Of a stretch of DNA of 64,000 nucleotides, positions 31,098 through 41,116 are shown piece after piece. The notes beneath the pieces are model-generated. The model was not told the DNA's origin and searched no databases. It was given only the letters and a program-made list of their open reading frames with translations. The number at the start of each line of letters is the position of its first letter. Position 1 is the first letter of the stretch. The position numbers and the translations under genes are program-made. The stretch is from Gemmatimonadaceae bacterium (lineage in GTDB: Bacteria; Gemmatimonadota; Gemmatimonadetes; Gemmatimonadales; Gemmatimonadaceae), in assembly GCA_045803545.1 (NCBI GenBank), contig JBJMOW010000002.1, positions 320,001 through 384,000 of the forward strand. The letters run 5' to 3'.

Positions 31098-32449
31098 TCG
31101 TCGTAAAGTTTGGGGGGACCTCAGTCGGCGACGCTGACGCCATCGAGCGCACCGCTGCGATCGTGAAGGGGCGTCTCGATCGTCAACCTGCCGTGGTGGT
31201 ATCGGCGCTCGGCGGTGCGACCAACGCGCTCCTGGCAATCGGCGAGCAATCGGCGAAGGGTCATCTTATCGGAGCGTTGCGTGGCGTCGAAACGCTTCGC
31301 GATCGTCACTTCCAGCAATGTGAAAAGCTGCTCGGTACGTCCGCGGAAGCAGCTGAAGTTGCCGCCGAAATGAGCGCGACGTTCGACGAGCTCGCCAGTC
31401 TGGCGGAGGCGCTGTCGGTGCTCGGTCACGCCACGCCGCGCAGCTTCGATGCGATCGCTGCCTTCGGCGAGCAGCTGTCGTCCCATCTCGTGGCTGCCTT
31501 TTTTCAGCTGCGCGGAATTCCTGCCGAGCACGTCGATGCGCGCGATGTATTTGTAACCGATGACAACTACATGAGCGCCGAACCGCAGACAGATGAAATT
31601 GCGGGAGCCGCGCGGGATCTGGTCCTTCCGCTGCTGCAACAGGGCAAGGTGCCAGTGATGGGAGGATTCATCGGCAGAACGGCGAGTGGAATTACGACGA
31701 CGCTCGGTCGCGGTGGATCGGACTACAGCGCTTCGCTGTTAGGCGCGGCGTTGCACGCTAATGCGATCGAGATCTGGACTGATGTCGATGGAATGCTGAC
31801 TGCCGATCCGCGGGTGGTGAAAGGATCTCAGCTAATCGAGCAGATCAGGTTCGACGAAGCGTCCGAGCTTGCCTCCTTTGGCGCCAAGGTGCTGCACCCG
31901 AACACCATCGCCCCGGCTGTCCGTCTCGGGATTCCTGTTTTCATCTACAACTCGCGCAATCCGAAGGGGAAGGGAACGCGCATCACCTTCGACGCGCCGC
32001 GGCGTGCGGTGAGCGCCATCGCCGGCAAAGGCGGCATCACCCTGGTGAAGGTCGGCGCGGCGAAAATGCTGTTCGCGAAGGGGTTTCTGCGAAAGGTGTT
32101 CGACATCTTCGAGCGCAACGGAGTGTCTGTCGATGTCGTCGCGACGTCGGAAGTGTCGGTGTCGGTGACAGTTGACGATCCCTCGGGGCTCGATTCGTTG
32201 GTCGTCGAGCTTGCCACCCTCGGCGATGTGTCAGTCGAGCGAGACAGGGCGATTGTGGCAGTCGTCGGTGCGGCGATCAGTGAAGACGGAGCGGCAATGG
32301 GGCGCGCGATCGGGTCACTCGATGGGATCAAGGTGCACATGATGTCGCTCAGTGCAACCGGGATAAACCTGACCATCATCGTCGACGGCGATCAATTGAA
32401 CCCCGCGATGGACCGGCTGCACAACGCCTTTTTCGGTGCGGGCAAATGA
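31094..32449 (+). CDS. lysC: Aspartate kinase with ACT domains
   Basis: GTG start at 31094; VKFGGTSV, TTLGRGGSDYSA, WTDVDG, FGAKVLHP. Confidence 0.95.
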   Translation: MIVVKFGGTSVGDADAIERTAAIVKGRLDRQPAVVVSALGGATNALLAIGEQSAKGHLIGALRGVETLRDRHFQQCEKLLGTSAEAAEVAAEMSATFDELASLAEALSVLGHATPRSFDAIAAFGEQLSSHLVAAFFQLRGIPAEHVDARDVFVTDDNYMSAEPQTDEIAGAARDLVLPLLQQGKVPVMGGFIGRTASGITTTLGRGGSDYSASLLGAALHANAIEIWTDVDGMLTADPRVVKGSQLIEQIRFDEASELASFGAKVLHPNTIAPAVRLGIPVFIYNSRNPKGKGTRITFDAPRRAVSAIAGKGGITLVKVGAAKMLFAKGFLRKVFDIFERNGVSVDVVATSEVSVSVTVDDPSGLDSLVVELATLGDVSVERDRAIVAVVGAAISEDGAAMGRAIGSLDGIKVHMMSLSATGINLTIIVDGDQLNPAMDRLHNAFFGAGK

Positions 32450-33156
32450 CGCGCACCGTTGCGATCATCGGCGATGGCAAGATGGGTCAGGCTATCCGCG
32501 AGCTCGCTGTCGACAAAGGCTGGCGGGTGAGCGCGGTGATTGGCGAGCGTGAGAGCGCTGAAGGTGTCGGCATCAGCCGCAAGTCTCTCGGTGAGCCTGA
32601 CGTCGCCGTCGAGTTCACCCAACCGGATGCCGCGGTAGCGAACGCGACCGCGTGCCTGCGCTGCGCCGTGCCAGTCGTCGTCGGCACCACCGGATGGTAC
32701 GAATCACTGCCCGAAGTAACCCGCATCGCTACGGAAACGGGGACGCCGCTGTTGTGGTCTCCCAATTTCTCGCTTGGCGTTAATGTCATGATCGAGGTGG
32801 CGCGCTACGCCGCGGGACTAATGCGGAATCTCGAGGATTTCGACGCGCACATCATCGAGACCCATCACACCCGTAAAAAGGATGCGCCGTCGGGAACCGC
32901 AATCGTGATTGGCAAAGCCGCCAGCGATGCGCTGGGGCGTCCGATTCCCACGACGAGCATTCGGACTGGTTCGGTGCCGGGAACTCACGAGCTGGTGTTC
33001 GACGGCGCTTTCGAGCAGCTCTCGATCGTGCACGAGGCGCGCGATCGGAGAGTATTTGCCGAAGGGGCGTTGACCGCAGCAGATTGGCTGATAGGAAAAA
33101 AGGGCGTGTTCACGATGCGCGACGTTCTCCGACTCGAGAAGCGCGGCACGGGCTGA
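32446..33156 (+). CDS. dapB: 4-hydroxy-tetrahydrodipicolinate reductase
   Basis: GDGKMG, GTTGW, PNFSLG, ETHHTRKKDAPSGTA, FAEGAL. Confidence 0.95.
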   Translation: MTRTVAIIGDGKMGQAIRELAVDKGWRVSAVIGERESAEGVGISRKSLGEPDVAVEFTQPDAAVANATACLRCAVPVVVGTTGWYESLPEVTRIATETGTPLLWSPNFSLGVNVMIEVARYAAGLMRNLEDFDAHIIETHHTRKKDAPSGTAIVIGKAASDALGRPIPTTSIRTGSVPGTHELVFDGAFEQLSIVHEARDRRVFAEGALTAADWLIGKKGVFTMRDVLRLEKRGTG

Positions 33157-33188
33157 AACCCGCAGGGGGGGCAATCGTAAGGTTGATC

Positions 33189-33623
33189 ATGCGAAGACCG
33201 AAAATCCTTCTCGCGATTGGCGCACTGGCGCTACTTCCTGCGTGCAGAGGCCCGGGTGATTCAGACACGGTCCCTTCGACGCTGCCCGGCACCTACGTGT
33301 ACGCCGGCAAAGGATCCGTCTTCAAAAAAGCGTGGCAGTTTTCGGCCAGGCTGGATCTCACGGCCGATCGGCGCTTCACAATGACTCTCGACAAGGCCAT
33401 CGATGGCAGCCGCGATTCCACCGAGACGACGAGCGGCGCGTACGCCATAAAAGGTGACGAGGTGGAGCTGCGCGTGGTCGGCAAGCGTACCGGTCCCGAG
33501 AAGGATCTGCACCAGCTGCAGATGAAGGGCGATTCCCTGATCGCCAATGTCGGCTGGACGGGGGAGCTCTTTCTCAAGGGCATCGGTGCTCCGAATGTCG
33601 TATTCGTGAAGCAGCGCTCCTAG
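33189..33623 (+). CDS. Hypothetical lipoprotein (small beta-barrel-like)
   Basis: MRRPKILLAIGALALLPAC lipobox; GTYVY and G.Y motifs. Confidence 0.7.
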   Translation: MRRPKILLAIGALALLPACRGPGDSDTVPSTLPGTYVYAGKGSVFKKAWQFSARLDLTADRRFTMTLDKAIDGSRDSTETTSGAYAIKGDEVELRVVGKRTGPEKDLHQLQMKGDSLIANVGWTGELFLKGIGAPNVVFVKQRS

Positions 33624-33669
33624 CGCTTCCAGCACCCCCTTCGCGGCTTCGTCCGCATACATTTAACAA

Positions 33670-34563
33670 ATGACGTCGGAACGACTCGCTGGCTGCGGGA
33701 CGGCGATGATCACTCCTTTCATGGAGTCGGGCGAAATCGACGAGCGCTCCTTGCGCTCCTTCGTCGACTGGCAGATCGCGAGTGGGGTGCATTTCCTCGT
33801 TCCGTGCGGGTCAACTGGTGAAGCGGCGACGATGACGGTCGCCGAACATCGGCGCGTCGTGGAGATCACCGTCGAACAGACCGCCGGACGAGTTCCAGTC
33901 ATCGCCGGTGCCGCGTCGAACGACACCCGGAAGGCAATTGCGCTCTCGCGCGAAATGGAAGCAGTCGGCGCGACCCATCTTCTGCACGCGTCGCCGATGT
34001 ACAACAAGCCGCCCCAACGCGGCATCGTCGCCCATTTCCACGCGATTGCCGATGCGGTACAGAGTCCGATCGTGGTTTACAACGTGCCTGGGCGCACCGG
34101 AAGTAACATTGAAGCGGCCACGACGCTGGAACTGGCTGAGCACGAAAACATTGTTGCGGTGAAGGAAGCGTCGGGCAATTTGGCCCAGGTGAGTGAGATC
34201 ATTCGCCATCGGCCTGCGGCCTTCGCCGTTCTTTCCGGCGATGATCCCCTGACATTGCAAGTGATGGCGGACGGCGGCGATGGTGTGGTCTCCGTAACTT
34301 CCAACGTCGCACCGGCGCTGGTGGCGCAGCTCACTGAACTATGCGCAGCCGGTGACTTCGACTCCGCGCGCAACGTTCATCACCAGCTGGCGGAATGGAC
34401 CGTAGCTGCTTTCGTCGAATCGAACCCGATTCCTGTGAAAGCCGCCCTGACAATGATGGGGCGCATCTCGAACGTGTTGCGGCTGCCCCTGGTTCCGCTC
34501 GCCGAGAAATATGAGACGACGGTGCGAGCCGCCCTCGTCTCTGTAGGAGCGCTAGCCGATTGA
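33670..34563 (+). CDS. dapA: 4-hydroxy-tetrahydrodipicolinate synthase
   Basis: GSTGE, YNKP, YNVPGRT, VKEASG, SGDD, NPIPVK. Confidence 0.96.
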   Translation: MTSERLAGCGTAMITPFMESGEIDERSLRSFVDWQIASGVHFLVPCGSTGEAATMTVAEHRRVVEITVEQTAGRVPVIAGAASNDTRKAIALSREMEAVGATHLLHASPMYNKPPQRGIVAHFHAIADAVQSPIVVYNVPGRTGSNIEAATTLELAEHENIVAVKEASGNLAQVSEIIRHRPAAFAVLSGDDPLTLQVMADGGDGVVSVTSNVAPALVAQLTELCAAGDFDSARNVHHQLAEWTVAAFVESNPIPVKAALTMMGRISNVLRLPLVPLAEKYETTVRAALVSVGALAD

Positions 34564-35432
34564 TGGCGGCGAGCCCGGCGGAGCTCGAGAAGCGCGTTGA
34601 CGCTCTCTCCGCGACTCCGAGTGATCACAGTCTTCCTGCTGACGCGCGCGATGTAGTTCTCGCGCTTCTCGATGCGCTCGAAAAAGGGTTGGTGCGGGCA
34701 GCCAGCCGAGATTCGAGCAGCGGGGAATGGCGTGCGGTTCCGTGGGTCAAACGCGGTCTTCTGCTTGGTTTTCGCGCTGGCGCGATCGTCGACATGTCGC
34801 TTGGCGACTCGAAAAACGGTGTGGTGCTCGCCTTCTTCGACAAAGACACTTATCCGCCGCGCCGTTTAGCGCGGGAGGATGGGATCCGGGTTGTCCCGGG
34901 TGGGTCGAGCATTCGCCGCGGCGCTTTCGTCGCGTCCGGAGTCGTGTGCATGCCTCCGATGTACATCAATGTCGGCGCGTACGTCGGCTCCGGCTCGATG
35001 ATCGATTCACACGCACTCGTCGGCTCGTGCGCGCAAGTCGGGGAACGTGTGCATCTGAGCGCCGCGGCACAACTGGGTGGAGTGCTCGAGCCGGTGAATG
35101 CCTCGCCCGTAGTCGTTGAGGACGATGTCGTCATCGGCGGCAATTGCGGCATCTACGAGGGCACCGTGGTCCGTCGACGCGCTGTGATCGGAGCCGGCGT
35201 AGTCCTGACTCGCGGCACGCCCGTGTACGACCTCGAGCGTCAGACAATTCACCGCGCCGAAGGAGCAAAGCCGCTCGTTATTCCCGAGAACGCGGTCGTG
35301 GTTCCCGGGGCCCGAGCGGTGAAGGACGAATGGGGACGGCGCGAAGGCCTTTCATTGCAGACACCGGTCATCGTCAAGTACCGAGACGAAAAGACTGACG
35401 CGGCGACTGCGCTCGAGTCTTGGCTGCGCTGA
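34563..35432 (+). CDS. dapD: Tetrahydrodipicolinate N-succinyltransferase
   Basis: WVKRGLLLGF, FFDK, INVGAYV, VGSCAQVG, GGVLEP. Confidence 0.94.
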   Translation: MAASPAELEKRVDALSATPSDHSLPADARDVVLALLDALEKGLVRAASRDSSSGEWRAVPWVKRGLLLGFRAGAIVDMSLGDSKNGVVLAFFDKDTYPPRRLAREDGIRVVPGGSSIRRGAFVASGVVCMPPMYINVGAYVGSGSMIDSHALVGSCAQVGERVHLSAAAQLGGVLEPVNASPVVVEDDVVIGGNCGIYEGTVVRRRAVIGAGVVLTRGTPVYDLERQTIHRAEGAKPLVIPENAVVVPGARAVKDEWGRREGLSLQTPVIVKYRDEKTDAATALESWLR

Positions 35433-36685
35433 AAGTAGCGGGCACCATCCGCGTGCCCGGCGACAAATCCATCTCGCACCGAGCGCTAATTCTCGCAGCG
35501 CTCGCGGACGGAGAGTCGCACATTCGTGGGATCCTCGAATCCGAAGATGTCCATTCGACTGCCGGGGTGCTGCGCTCCCTTGGAGCGAAGATACCGCAGC
35601 TGTCCAGCGAGTTTGTCGCGAGCGGCAGCGGACTCCGAGGCCTGACGCAGCCGAAGGATGCTCTCGATTGCGGTAACAGCGGGACGACGACGCGATTGAT
35701 GGCCGGGGTTGTCGCCGCGCACCCGTTATCCGCCCGGTTCGTCGGCGATGACAGTTTGAGTCGACGTCCGATGAAACGGATCGCCGAGCCACTGTCATCC
35801 ATGGGCGCGAAGTTCGACTTCGAGCGTGGCGATGGGTTGCCGATGACGGTTCACGGAATGGATCTGCGCAGCGTGGACTGGGACACCAAAGCCTCGAGCG
35901 CGCAGGTGAAAAGTGCGATTCTTCTCGCTGGTCTCGTCGCGGGGGTCGAGGTACGGGTGACCGAAAAGAGTCCGTCCCGCGATCACACTGAGCGCATGCT
36001 GCGCTCGATGGGCGCGGACGTTGAGACCGATGGCAATCAGGTTTGCCTGCGACCCGCTTCGCGGCTCCGCCCGATCGACATTGAAGTGCCTGGTGATCCT
36101 TCGTCAGCAGCATTCTTTGTCGCATTGGCTGCGCTCGCTGACGAAGGTGCGCTCGTCTTGAACGACGTCTGCCTCAATCCGACCCGCAACGGTTTTTTCG
36201 ACATCATGACTCGAATGGGTGCAATAATCGATGTGACTAGTCGGCGTGACAGCGGGGGAGAGGTCGTCGGCTCGGTGCGCGTAGCGCGCGGCAAGCTGGA
36301 GAACGCTGCGGTCGGCGGCAGCGACATCGGCTCGATCATCGACGAGTTGCCATTGCTGGCGTGTGTTGCCGCCGCTGCCGGCATCGAGCTGGAGATAACG
36401 GGCGCCGAAGAGTTACGAGTGAAGGAGAGCGACCGGATCGCAGTCGTAGTCCAAAACCTTCGGGCGGTGGGAGCCGACGCCGAGGAACTGCCGGACGGGC
36501 TGCGCGTCCATCCTTCAGCGCGCCCGTTGGCAGGTACGATCGACCCGCGCGGCGATCACCGAATTGCAATGGCTTTCGGAATTCTCTCGGCTGCGTCGGG
36601 AGGCAACATCCAGATAAGTAATCCGCAGTGCGTCGCTGTTTCATACCCGGGATTCTGGAACGATCTCCGCAGAGTGATCCCATGA
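35420..36685 (+). CDS. aroA: 3-phosphoshikimate 1-carboxyvinyltransferase
   Basis: PGDKSISHR, DCGNSGTT, SAQVKSA, RDHTERML, RVKESDRI, DHRIAM. Start is TTG 35420 or CTG 35429. Confidence 0.96.
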   Translation: MAALKVAGTIRVPGDKSISHRALILAALADGESHIRGILESEDVHSTAGVLRSLGAKIPQLSSEFVASGSGLRGLTQPKDALDCGNSGTTTRLMAGVVAAHPLSARFVGDDSLSRRPMKRIAEPLSSMGAKFDFERGDGLPMTVHGMDLRSVDWDTKASSAQVKSAILLAGLVAGVEVRVTEKSPSRDHTERMLRSMGADVETDGNQVCLRPASRLRPIDIEVPGDPSSAAFFVALAALADEGALVLNDVCLNPTRNGFFDIMTRMGAIIDVTSRRDSGGEVVGSVRVARGKLENAAVGGSDIGSIIDELPLLACVAAAAGIELEITGAEELRVKESDRIAVVVQNLRAVGADAEELPDGLRVHPSARPLAGTIDPRGDHRIAMAFGILSAASGGNIQISNPQCVAVSYPGFWNDLRRVIP

Positions 36686-37347
36686 TGCGCACGGGATTCG
36701 TTATTGCTATCGACGGTCCGGCGGCGTCGGGCAAATCCTCCACTGCGCAAATGGTGGGTGAGAAACTCGGCTACCTGCATATCGATTCCGGTTCGCTGTA
36801 CAGAGCGGCGACAGCCGCGACACTTCGCCGCGATCCGGGCGCGTCGCACTGGTCTGAAAACGATGTGCTGGAGGCTTCACGCGGCGTCGAGTTGAGACCC
36901 GCTCGCACCTCCTTTTATCCCGCACTGGACGGGCAGGGCATCGAGGATGAGATCAGAGGCGCCGATGTAACTCGCCACGTGTCACGTGTGGCGCAGATGC
37001 CCCGGGTCCGCGAGTGGGTCAATGACATGGTGCGAGCGGCCGCGGCTGGTCGCGATATAGTGGTCGACGGACGAGACATGGGAACCGTCGTGTTTCCGTC
37101 GGCAGATCTCAAGATTTTTTTGACCGCCGATTCCCGGGAGCGCGCGACACGTCGCCTCCGGCAGCGCGGGACGCCGACGTCGGAGCAAATGATCGTGGAC
37201 GAGACTAAACGCATTAACGAGCGGGATTCGCGGGACGCCCGGCAGACCGTTCCGGCCTCCGACGCGGTCTTAATCGATACGACGAGCCTGACTCAACAGG
37301 AGCAAGTGGAACGGATTGTGACTCTAGCGGGTAGGGCCAGGTCGTAA
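36682..37347 (+). CDS. cmk: Cytidylate kinase
   Basis: IAIDGPAASGKS, DSGSLYRA, DGRDMGTVVFP. Confidence 0.95.
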   Translation: MMRTGFVIAIDGPAASGKSSTAQMVGEKLGYLHIDSGSLYRAATAATLRRDPGASHWSENDVLEASRGVELRPARTSFYPALDGQGIEDEIRGADVTRHVSRVAQMPRVREWVNDMVRAAAAGRDIVVDGRDMGTVVFPSADLKIFLTADSRERATRRLRQRGTPTSEQMIVDETKRINERDSRDARQTVPASDAVLIDTTSLTQQEQVERIVTLAGRARS

Positions 37348-37384
37348 GACCTGTTTGTCGCTTACCGTACGCGGAGGACATCCG

Positions 37385-37600
37385 ATGCGTCGATTCACTG
37401 ATCGCGCTGGCGTCGAATGGAGCGCGTTGGAAACATCGCCTCCGGCCGGCATCCCTGATCGCCGAGTCAAGCCGGCAAGCATCACCGTCGCATTCCATTG
37501 CGACGACGGCAGTGAGATGGCGATGGACCTGCCAGTCGGCGCGCTCGAAGGTCTGAGCGACGAGGAGCTCATCCTTCTTTTATCGAAGGGTGTGAAATAG
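37385..37600 (+). CDS. Small hypothetical protein (71 aa)
   Basis: GGAGGA RBS; R.F.D..G..W ... LSDEEL..L pattern. Confidence 0.7.
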   Translation: MRRFTDRAGVEWSALETSPPAGIPDRRVKPASITVAFHCDDGSEMAMDLPVGALEGLSDEELILLLSKGVK

Positions 37601-37622
37601 CTCCTGCCTGCAAGTCATTTGG

Positions 37623-37651
37623 TTGACCGGGCTGGGTGAGGCGTCTACATT
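37623..37651 (+). promoter_or_regulatory. Sigma70-type promoter of rpsA
   Basis: TTGACC-17 nt-TACATT. Confidence 0.65.
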
Positions 37652-37693
37652 TAAGGGCTTGATTCGAACGTATTCAACCCTTTAACCAGCAAC

Positions 37694-39514
37694 ATGATAG
37701 ACTCGGCCAACAAAACCACAACTCAAACCGGCACGACCCTGACTGCGCGCGAGAAGCGTGACTTGCAGAAAGCGCAGCTGCGGCCGCTTGCCAACCTCAG
37801 ACCTGAGCTCTACGACGAGGAGGATTACTCCCAGGACGAGCTCGAAAGCATGATGGAGATGTACAACGGGACGATGGCCTCGATCGAAGAAGGCGAGATC
37901 GTCAAATCCCGTGTGCTCGATATCCGCGACAACATGGTAGTCCTCGACATCGGATTTAAATCCGAGGGGACAATTCCGCTCGAAGAGTTCAAGGATCTCC
38001 CTGACCTCAAGGCGGGTGACGAAGTCGAAGTACTCCTCGAGCATCTCGAGGATCAGGAAGGATCGGTCGTTCTCTCGAAGAAGAAAGCGGACTTCATGCG
38101 CGTGTGGGAGCGCATCCGCGTCGCTTACGAGAACGACGAGCCGGTGCGCGGTACGCTGGTCAAGAAGATCAAGGGTGGGGTCGTCGTGGATCTTATGGGA
38201 GTAGACGCGTTCCTCCCCGGATCGCAGATCGCGCTGCGTCGCGTTCCCAACGTGGACGAGCTGCTCGGTCAGACCTTTGACTTCAAGATCATCAAGCTCA
38301 ATAAGCGTCGTCGCAACATCGTCGTCTCGCGTCGCGTGATCCTCGAGCAGGAGAGAGCGGGCAAGCGCGAGAAGCTGATGAAGGAGCTGCAGAAGGATCA
38401 GGTGCGCAAAGGAGTCGTCAAGAACATCACCGACTTCGGCGCATTCATCGATCTGGGCGGCGTCGACGGACTGCTCCACATCACCGACATGTCGTACGGA
38501 CGCATTCAGCATCCGTCCGAGATGGTTCACATCGGTCAGGAGCTCGAAGTCAAAGTCCTCGACATCGACTGGGACCGCGAGAGAATCTCGCTCGGCCTCA
38601 AGCAGCTACAGAGCTATCCGTGGAAGGACGTCGCCGAGAAGTATCCGGTTGGCACCCGCGTTTCCGGCAAGGTCGTTTCGATCACCAACTACGGCGCGTT
38701 CATCGAGCTGGAGCCGGGCATTGAAGGCCTCGTTCACATCAGCGAGATGAGCTGGACCCGCAACGTTCGCCACCCGTCGAAGCTGGTTTCGATTGGCGAG
38801 ACGATCGAAGCAGTCGTGCTCAAGGTCGACCCGAACGAAGAGAAGATCTCCCTCGGCATGAAGCAGACCGAGCAGGATCCGTGGATGATGCTGCCGGAGA
38901 AGTATCCGGTCGGCACTCGTCTCAATGGCAAGGTGCGCAACCTCACCAGCTTCGGCGCGTTCGTCGAGATCGAGCCGGGAATCGATGGCTTGATTCACAT
39001 CTCCGACATGAGCTGGACCAAGCGTGTTCAGCATCCGTCGGAAGTCGTGAAGAAAGGCGACTCGGTCGACGTCGTGATTCTGAACGTCGATGCTGAGAAC
39101 AAGCGCATCTCGCTTGGACTCAAGCAGGCGACTGAGGATCCGTGGTTGCGTATTGGTGAGACCTATCCGGTCGGCACCGAATTGCGCGGCAAGGTCGTGC
39201 GTTTGATGGACAAGGGCGTGGTCGTCGATATCGGCAACGACATTGAAGGCTTCGTTCCGGTGAGCCAGCTCAATTTCGGTCAACCGGTGAACAGTCCGGC
39301 GGACATCGTCTACGAGACGATGAATCTCGACCTTCGCGTTCTCGAAGTCGATCCGATTCACCGTCGTATCGTGCTCGCCGTGACCGCGGTCCCGGAGGAT
39401 CAGCCGCCGCGTCCGGAAACCCCGTCGAAGGTGATTCCGATGGAGTCCGATGACTACAACATGTCGGATCCGATTCCAACGCCGCCCGACTCATACGTCG
39501 AAGAGCCCGCGTAA
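37694..39514 (+). CDS. rpsA: 30S ribosomal protein S1
   Basis: Six S1 repeats (FGAF.., GL.HIS..SW, RISLGLKQ); follows cmk. Confidence 0.97.
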   Translation: MIDSANKTTTQTGTTLTAREKRDLQKAQLRPLANLRPELYDEEDYSQDELESMMEMYNGTMASIEEGEIVKSRVLDIRDNMVVLDIGFKSEGTIPLEEFKDLPDLKAGDEVEVLLEHLEDQEGSVVLSKKKADFMRVWERIRVAYENDEPVRGTLVKKIKGGVVVDLMGVDAFLPGSQIALRRVPNVDELLGQTFDFKIIKLNKRRRNIVVSRRVILEQERAGKREKLMKELQKDQVRKGVVKNITDFGAFIDLGGVDGLLHITDMSYGRIQHPSEMVHIGQELEVKVLDIDWDRERISLGLKQLQSYPWKDVAEKYPVGTRVSGKVVSITNYGAFIELEPGIEGLVHISEMSWTRNVRHPSKLVSIGETIEAVVLKVDPNEEKISLGMKQTEQDPWMMLPEKYPVGTRLNGKVRNLTSFGAFVEIEPGIDGLIHISDMSWTKRVQHPSEVVKKGDSVDVVILNVDAENKRISLGLKQATEDPWLRIGETYPVGTELRGKVVRLMDKGVVVDIGNDIEGFVPVSQLNFGQPVNSPADIVYETMNLDLRVLEVDPIHRRIVLAVTAVPEDQPPRPETPSKVIPMESDDYNMSDPIPTPPDSYVEEPA

Positions 39515-39527
39515 CCCGCACCGATTT

Positions 39528-39561
39528 AAGGCCCGCCTCTGATGAGGCGGGCTTTTTTTTT
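39528..39561 (+). terminator. rpsA terminator
   Basis: GCCCGCCTC-tgat-GAGGCGGGC followed by a T run. Confidence 0.9.
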
Positions 39562-39821
39562 CAAGATCGTTGGTCTTCGCTCAAATCGTCGTCAAACCCA
39601 TCGGATCGCGGGCGTTTCCGGGTTCGGTCGTTTCCCTCTGGACCCATTGGCGATGCCGATGTACCGCGTGCGGTGTTGCCGATGTTCTCGCGCGCGTTCC
39701 CGCGCGCCTCTGATTTCGAATCTGACTTGACGTCCTGCCGCTGATCGCGGGAAAGCGAATCTCGCGCGTCGTCGTTATCTCGGTACTTCGACCGATTTCC
39801 CTCCTTCGAGTCCCTTGCCAT
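39561..39821 (-). CDS. Small highly hydrophilic (probably disordered) protein
   Basis: GGGAG RBS before ATG; 86 aa rich in R/D/S/N with almost no hydrophobic residues. Confidence 0.55.
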   Translation of the reverse strand: MARDSKEGNRSKYRDNDDARDSLSRDQRQDVKSDSKSEARGNARENIGNTARGTSASPMGPEGNDRTRKRPRSDGFDDDLSEDQRS

Positions 39822-40000
39822 CTCGTCTCCCGGTAAAGTCTCACCTTCATTGGCAGCGCTCGTGCCAGCTCAAACAGTCAAAATCGTTTCACGCGATGTC
39901 GATTTCCTATCACCCATAAGTGTTGAGCGCCTCTGCGTGCCACTGATGAACCAGAATCGTCCTAATACAGTAGAGTCGGCTCCAATTCCCAAAGCCCTTG

Positions 40001-41116
40001 ATGACCACCGCGAACAACAACGGCGAATCGCTCCTCGTCCTCGACACCAAGCTGGTAGTACGGGCGGCAAACCGTGCCTTCTACGGCATGTTTCGCCTGG
40101 CACCCGAAGAGTGCATCGGTAAGAAGGTCTATGAGCTGGGCGGACGCGCGTGGGATGAAAAGCTCCGCGGAATGCTCGAGGCCGTTCGCAGCGGCGAGCC
40201 CCAGTCCGATCACTTCGAGCTCGTTCACGACGACAAAGAGGGTGGACATGGAGTGTTCTGGCTCAGTGCCAGACTCATTCCGTCGGCGGACGCCGCCGAT
40301 GCGACGATCCTCCTCGCAATCGAAGACCTGAGTGCTGGCCGTCCGGTCGAAGAGACGCTTGCCGTCAAGATGCAGGAGCTGAACTCATTTGCCGATGTCG
40401 CGGGTCGCGGTGCGCACGAGTTGAATAATCTCCTAACCGTGATTCGCATGAACGCGGACATCCTGGAAATGGTGCTCCGCGACGCGAAGCAACCGACACA
40501 GGAAGCGGTTGACATCCGCCAGGCTGCCGAGCGCGCCGAAGCGATCACCAAACAACTCTTGCTGACATCGCGTCGCGTATTGCCCCAGCCGACTGGCCTC
40601 GATCGAACGACCAATGTGATTCCGTTGCCGGGCTCACCGCTCAAGGAAACACCCGACGAGCGGCACGAGCGCCAGCAAGCAGAGGCCGCTGCGCGATCGG
40701 TACGCGAGCTTAAACACGGTGAGCGTACCGGCCGCGAAACGATTCTGCTGGTGGATGACGAAAAGGCGTTACGTCGGCTCGCCAAGCGCATTCTGACTGA
40801 GAGTGGCTATCGCGTGCTCGACGCATCCGATGGTGCAATGGCGCTGCGCGTCGTCGCTGAGGAGGTCGGCGAGATCGATCTCGTGGTGACCGACGTCGAA
40901 ATGCCGACACTGGGTGGACGCGGAATGGTTGACGAGCTTCACGAGCTCAGCCCCGGGATGCGCGTACTCTTCATGTCGGGTTATACCGACAACGAGATTC
41001 TGCGCCGCGGCATTCGCTCTTCAGAGATCGAATTCCTTCAGAAGCCGTTTACGGCCGAATCACTGCGTGCGGCAGTCAAAGCGGTGCTCGACAAACCTTC
41101 AACGAAGACTGCGTAA
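40001..41116 (+). CDS. PAS-HisKA-receiver protein lacking a HATPase domain
   Basis: PAS (ANRAF..FRL), H-box AHELNNLL, short linker, REC (LVDDE, TDVEMP, MSGY, QKPF). Confidence 0.82.
   Translation: MTTANNNGESLLVLDTKLVVRAANRAFYGMFRLAPEECIGKKVYELGGRAWDEKLRGMLEAVRSGEPQSDHFELVHDDKEGGHGVFWLSARLIPSADAADATILLAIEDLSAGRPVEETLAVKMQELNSFADVAGRGAHELNNLLTVIRMNADILEMVLRDAKQPTQEAVDIRQAAERAEAITKQLLLTSRRVLPQPTGLDRTTNVIPLPGSPLKETPDERHERQQAEAAARSVRELKHGERTGRETILLVDDEKALRRLAKRILTESGYRVLDASDGAMALRVVAEEVGEIDLVVTDVEMPTLGGRGMVDELHELSPGMRVLFMSGYTDNEILRRGIRSSEIEFLQKPFTAESLRAAVKAVLDKPSTKTA

Noticed and set aside
38400..39200. Repeated nucleotide segments in rpsA (e.g. GAGAAGTATCCGGT, ATGAGCTGGACC)
   Set aside because: Explained by the tandem S1 domains; not a CRISPR or other repeat array.
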